Source: Chromatiaceae bacterium
GTDB taxonomy: Bacteria > Pseudomonadota > Gammaproteobacteria > Chromatiales > Chromatiaceae
Assembly: GCA_025458165.1 (NCBI GenBank)
Contig: JALOTB010000024.1
Span: 811 to 64,810, forward strand
Direction: 5' to 3'
DNA length: 64,000 nucleotides
Shown here: positions 63,768 to 64,000 of the stretch, piece after piece
How positions within the stretch are numbered: position 1 is the first letter of the stretch
How the letters are laid out: every line of letters starts with the position of its first letter
Program-made: the position numbers and the translations under genes
Notes under the pieces: model-generated
Told to the model about the DNA's origin: nothing
What the model saw: only the letters and a program-made list of their open reading frames with translations
Database searches by the model: none

Positions 63768-64000
63768 GTGAAACAATCGCTGCTGCTTGAGAGATACCCG
63801 ATCTATACGCTTGAGATCGACCGGAGCGAGACCGAGCTCCAGTCGGTGGACGCCATCTGCGCACACCTGCGCGAGCGCATCGAGGCCCACCGCTGCGCCC
63901 GCTTCATCGCCGATTTCGACCACCTCGCACACACCCGCTCACTGCCCGAGGGGCTGGTGGGGGACGACATCCTGGCGGCGCGCAACCTGGTGTTCTCCTT
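63768..64000 (+). CDS. conserved hypothetical protein, 3'-truncated by the window edge
   Basis: GTG at 63768, preceded by ggag. The frame is open to the window end (VKQSLLLERYPIYTLEIDRSETELQSVDAICAHLRERIEAH ...). It is not in the ORF track because no stop lies within the window. Confidence 0.4.
   Translation, partial: MKQSLLLERYPIYTLEIDRSETELQSVDAICAHLRERIEAHRCARFIADFDHLAHTRSLPEGLVGDDILAARNLVFS

Overview
High-GC (roughly 65-70% by eye) proteobacterial chromosomal segment. Several genes suggest a sulfur-oxidising gammaproteobacterium: a SoeABC-like cytoplasmic molybdoenzyme and a DsrC/TusE-family gene. That lineage call is inference only.

The left ~34 kb (1281-34013, all + strand) is an accessory island encoding a complete phage-tail-like contractile injection system (eCIS, Afp/PVC-like).
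- Recognisable parts: DUF4255 cap, two sheath paralogs, two tube paralogs, tube-initiator-like protein, gpD hub, gpV/gp5 spike, gp25, gp6/Baseplate-J, gp7/gpI-like wedge and an AAA+ ATPase.
- No capsid, replication, lysis or integrase genes are present.
- It sits directly downstream of a sigma-54 enhancer-binding protein.
- It ends in a 1405-aa DUF4157 (HExxH) polymorphic-toxin-type protein. Its lower-GC C-terminal module carries a cytidine-deaminase-type zinc signature (HAE ... PICDRC). A lower-GC candidate immunity or partner ORF follows it.
- Unassigned ORFs are embedded in the locus: three paralogs sharing an N-terminal domain (306, 593 and 1254 aa), a 638-aa protein with a C-terminal hydrophobic anchor between spike and gp25, and a 600-aa Pro/Ala-rich protein coupled to the ATPase.
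- No PAAR, LysM or Afp13-like fibre gene was recognised.

The right ~30 kb is mostly housekeeping:
- a frameshifted or deleted MFS-acyltransferase-acyl-ACP synthetase (Aas-like) gene
- a CopD-like membrane protein, pgl and a REC-domain protein
- a DsrC-like protein and a class-A beta-lactamase-like hydrolase
- an MscS-family channel
- a SoeABC-like operon, interrupted by a DUF2750-like ORF and a ~280-bp MITE/REP-like repeat element
- metA and a P-loop ATPase
- a TetR-MFP-RND efflux operon
- uup, a GGDEF-EAL protein, a Crp/Fnr regulator and a TehA/SLAC1 transporter

No rRNA, tRNA or CRISPR array was seen. All family assignments come from motif recognition by eye. No searches were run.
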